From assembly GCA_964547995.1 (NCBI GenBank), contig CAZJRB010000045.1, forward strand, positions 1 through 49,399: a stretch of DNA of 49,399 bases. Reading direction: 5' to 3'. Position numbers and translations under genes: made by a program. Below the pieces are notes generated by a model. That model was not told the origin of the DNA. It searched no databases and worked only from the letters and a program-made list of their open reading frames with translations. Source of the stretch: an uncultured Planctomycetaceae bacterium (GTDB lineage: Bacteria; Planctomycetota; Planctomycetia; Pirellulales; Thermoguttaceae). Shown here piece after piece: positions 46,312 through 49,399 of the stretch. Position 1 is the first letter of the stretch; the number at the start of each line of letters is the position of its first letter.

Positions 46312-46710
46312 ATGGAAAGGAATCATCCCATGGCACACGCGCAAGCAATTGTCCAGTCTACCCAGGGCGACAATCTGGCCGACGTCCTGGAACGGGTACT
46401 CACGGTCGGCGTGGTCATCGTCGGCGACATTAAGATCAAACTGTGCGATATCGAACTGCTGAGTATTCAGTTGCGGCTGCTGATCTGTTCAGTAGAAAAG
46501 GCGCAGGAGTTGGGAATTCCATGGTGGTGGGAACAACGGGCGCCGACAAACGGATCGCTTCCCAAGAGCCCGGCGGCTTCACACCAGCCGTTGCCCGAGA
46601 ACAACTCCGCGACACGCACGCCGTGGGAAGAATACAGGCGGTTCCAGGAGTTTCGGCAGTTTCAAGAGGCGGAGCGGGCCTTCGAACAAGCACACGGAAA
46701 GGAATCCTGA
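46312..46710 (+). CDS. gvpJ: GvpA/GvpJ-family gas vesicle protein (GvpJ-like, extended C-terminus)
   Basis: LADVLERVLTVGVVIVGDIKIKLCDIELLSIQLRLLICSVEKA. Confidence 0.7.
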   Translation: MERNHPMAHAQAIVQSTQGDNLADVLERVLTVGVVIVGDIKIKLCDIELLSIQLRLLICSVEKAQELGIPWWWEQRAPTNGSLPKSPAASHQPLPENNSATRTPWEEYRRFQEFRQFQEAERAFEQAHGKES

Positions 46711-46736
46711 TCGATCGTCAGGGGCAGTGATCTGAA

Positions 46737-47255
46737 ATGGAGTGCGCAATTCTCTTAACGTTTCTGACGCTTCCCGTCTGGGGAGCGGAACCCGGCAGAG
46801 ACTCTTCCGCATCGTTACCGGCACCCGCCACTGTTTGCGTAACGCAAATCCACCATGATTGCAGTTGTTACTACGACGACGAAGAACCGTACTGGTATGG
46901 TGATGTCGGCATGTTTCTATGCCAAGTGGAGTTGCGGGTATCGCCGCCGGGGCAATTTCCGGTTGTCTGGCGCAACATCGGCTCCTATCGTCACTGCTAC
47001 ATGCAGCTACAGATAGAGTCGGAATCGGCGTACGAAATGGAGTGGGAAGACAGGGCACGAGAGTGGCACGTGTATTGGTGGATACCAACCGACGACCGAC
47101 CGGGCGGTGGGCGAGGGGCGGTACGTTCCGATAGTCGCGACGAGTCGTGCGAATCGGAAGCGGACGCGATCGGAGCACTGATTGAGTGGTTTCGGGGACA
47201 GCCGACAGACGACATTACGATTCAGCGGCGGTTCCGCGAGGCACCAGCCAGGTAA
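46737..47255 (+). CDS. hypothetical secreted protein
   Basis: Signal-peptide-like N-terminus. No recognised motif. Confidence 0.35.
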   Translation: MECAILLTFLTLPVWGAEPGRDSSASLPAPATVCVTQIHHDCSCYYDDEEPYWYGDVGMFLCQVELRVSPPGQFPVVWRNIGSYRHCYMQLQIESESAYEMEWEDRAREWHVYWWIPTDDRPGGGRGAVRSDSRDESCESEADAIGALIEWFRGQPTDDITIQRRFREAPAR

Positions 47256-47526
47256 TGATGACGCAATACTCACCCGATCCCCCACACGAATTCTGATGAC
47301 AGGTGCTCTCGGCTTTCTTGTTTTCCATCTGTGCAAGCTTCAATCCATGTCGGCATCACATCGCCGGCACCGAGCAGAGAATCGAACGAGGTTTTGCCGA
47401 TCTCCACCTTCTAAGACTCCCGCAGCTCCCTTGCGAAGTCCGCGGGCTGGAGCCCCTGAGACGGTTCGCCTGCTCTTTTGTCAACGGTGTGCATCAGGAC
47501 GCCGTTGAGGTTTGTGACAGGGTTGC

Positions 47527-47890
47527 GCCCACTGCGGTGCCGGACGTTCCACAATGCGGCTCGCCCCTTCTCCTTCCGACGGCCCGCCTCGTTTTGATTG
47601 GCGGGAAGGACGGTGTCGGGAAGAGTTCAGTTGCCGCCGCCACGGTTCTCGAACTCGCCTCCGGGTTCCCGGACAAGAAAGTTTTGATCTTCTCCACAGA
47701 CCCGGCCCACTCGCTGTCCGATAGCTTTGGTCAGAAAATCGGAACGGAAATCGGCTCCATCGAAGCAATCCACAACCTCTCCGCCCAGGAGATCGATGCC
47801 CCCAAGCTGCTGGTCGATTTCAAGCAACGGTATCGAGAGGCCATCGATGATATCTTCAACTCTTTTCTGGGTGGCGGCGACGTACAGGTG
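47527..47890 (+). pseudogene. ArsA/GET3-family ATPase N-terminal fragment, truncated by IS3 end fragment
   Basis: LIGGKDGVGKSSVAAATVLELA...KVLIFSTDPAHSLSDSFGQ (P-loop plus STDPAHSL). The reading frame runs into the IS3 fragment at ~47891. Confidence 0.5.
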
Positions 47891-48078
47891 GAATTCGACC
47901 AGGATCCGCGTCTTGTATTCTACGGTGAACCGCCGCCGCACCGGTTTTTCCAGCACCTCTGGCGTGGGGGCAGTTCGTTCTTCACCAACCGATTCTGTGC
48001 GTTCCATCAAGGGCTCGCCTCCTTTCGCCCTCTACTCTAATAAATCAGGAGGCAGTTGTCTCACTCATGTTGGCACAG
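47891..48078 (-). mobile_element. IS3-family terminal fragment, inverted copy of 2893..3085
   Basis: The reverse complement encodes MMERTESVGEERTAPTPEVLEKPVRRRFTVEYKTRIL. ~97% identical over ~190 bp to the copy near 2.9 kb. Confidence 0.5.
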
Positions 48079-48220
48079 AGGGAACAGCATCTTGATGTCC
48101 CGGCTCCACGCATGCACCGCCCTGCAAAAAGTTGCGGCTGGTGTTCAATCGCCCCGACTGGACTTACGGCAATTACTCCTTATAATCGCAGAGCAGATTG
48201 CAGAGTAAGGAGGTAATCCC

Positions 48221-49235
48221 ATGCGAGGAAGACCAGAGCCTTTTTTTCCGTAAGTTCACGGGAACGTGGTACGTTCAGATCGGAAAGCAGCAATTCAACC
48301 TTGGCAAAGACAAGGCTGAGGCTCTGGACAAGTGCGAGAAACTCTTTGCAGAGAATGAAGACATAAACCCTGCAATGCCCGTGGCCCTTCTTCTGGCCAA
48401 GTATCTGCAATGGGTGAAGAAACGGCGTGCTGAGAATACCTACGACTGGTATCAGATGCACCTGCAGTCTTTTGCCAAATACATCGGCAAACGGCTCAAG
48501 ATCGCCAATCTGAAGCCCTCTCACATCACCGCGCGGATCGACAAGGCACATGCCGACTCTTCGGACTCGACCCGCCACGGGGCCATACGAGCCGTCCAGA
48601 GGGCCTTCAACTGGGCAATCCGCGAAGGCCATCTCCAAAAAAAACCCACTCTCAATGCGGAGAAACCCACGCCGACCAAGAGGGAGTCAGTCATCAGCGA
48701 GGAACAATTCGAGCAGATGATGGCGAAAGCCACCGATCAGGCCGAGAAGGATCTTCTTATCACGCTTTGGGACACGGGTTGCCAGCCGCAGGAGATTCGC
48801 GTCGTCGAAGCCAGGCACTTTGAGGAAGAGAACGAGCGATGGGTATTCCAGACGGTCAACTCCAAGGGGAGGAAGGTTCAGCGAGTAGTCTACCTGAGCG
48901 ATCGTGCTCTGGAGATTTCCAAGCGACTTGCCAAGCAGTATCCCGAAGGACCAATGTTTCGGAATCGGAAAAGAGAGCCGTGGAACAAGAACGCGATCCG
49001 TTGCCGATTTCGCAAGTTCAAAAACTTGGGTATCGAAGGCCTGTGTGCCACGGCGATCCGCTACAGCTTCACGACCCATGCCCTCGCACGGGGTGTTGAC
49101 CCAGTGACCCTCTCGGTCCTGCTCGGACACAGCGATGTTACAACCTTGAGTCGTCATTACGCCCATCTCACGAAACAGCCGGATCACATGCGAAGGTCCC
49201 TTCTCAAGGTCAGAGACCAAGATGCTCCTGAATGA
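48221..49235 (+). CDS. tyrosine recombinase/phage-type integrase, N-terminus split by a frameshift in a T7 run (48241-48247)
   Basis: C-terminal R..HxxR..Y catalytic region (LCATAIRYSFTTHALARG ... LSRHYAHL). ATG 48221 with aaggagg RBS gives MRGRPEPFF then stop. Removing one T joins to ...RKFTGTWYVQIGKQQ of the long ORF. Confidence 0.7.
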
Positions 49236-49399
49236 GGGAGCTTCCGTCAAGTAGTGGCTACTACAGGGCTATTGTTGCGAACCGTTATCTCTCATCAACT
49301 CCAGCATCGACTCGCCCATCGCGTGGCCGATGCGGGTGTACCAAATCGCGCTGCCGAGGTAGTGGTACGGCCGGTCCGAGCCGACTTTCTTCCACTCCT

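Overview
High-GC (~60-65%) bacterial chromosome segment. It looks planctomycete-like: a DUF1559 protein with a prepilin-type N-terminus, giant WD40/Ser-Thr-kinase proteins, and a gas-vesicle cluster of the kind known from Isosphaera-type organisms. All calls below come from reading the sequence and the supplied ORF translations; no database search was possible. Gene order, left to right: (1) two tandem ISAzo13-family insertion sequences, both apparently defective, bracketing a cold-shock gene and a truncated asparaginase; (2) a ~190-bp IS3-family end fragment fused to a decayed paralog of the C-terminal half of the giant protein further right; (3) an M28 peptidase and an HDAC-family deacetylase; (4) a dense tRNA gene array (~7.5-11.5 kb), about 28 tRNA or tRNA-like genes at ~100-bp spacing, including redundant isoacceptors, a family of four Arg tRNAs, several atypical or degenerate tRNA-like genes and one embedded ORF; (5) an SPFH protein, a tRNA-Met, and two paralogous Pol-beta-type nucleotidyltransferases lying between tRNA-Met and a minus-strand tRNA-Pro(CGG); (6) a thiazole synthase (Thi4) translationally coupled to a Cys-rich small protein, a Tat-signal Cys-rich protein, a flavodoxin/4Fe-4S membrane protein and CysK; (7) a NifX-like protein and a sigma-54 activator with a candidate sigma-54 promoter; (8) a DUF1559 protein, a 1787-aa multidomain protein (tandem J-like repeats, TM, LamG, WD40, FGE-sulfatase, DUF1080) convergent with a 1126-aa Ser/Thr kinase-WD40 protein; (9) a second tRNA-Pro(TGG) and a transposase remnant; (10) a Cdc48-like AAA ATPase; (11) a gas-vesicle gene cluster (gvpA, gvpN, three gvpF/L, gvpG, gvpK, two gvpJ) interspersed with csrA, an Hsp20, a DnaJ-type zinc-finger protein and small unknowns; (12) a truncated ArsA-like ATPase cut by an inverted copy of the same IS3 end fragment, then a tyrosine integrase whose start is split by a T7 homopolymer frameshift. 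The most unusual element is the tRNA array with its atypical tRNA-like members.
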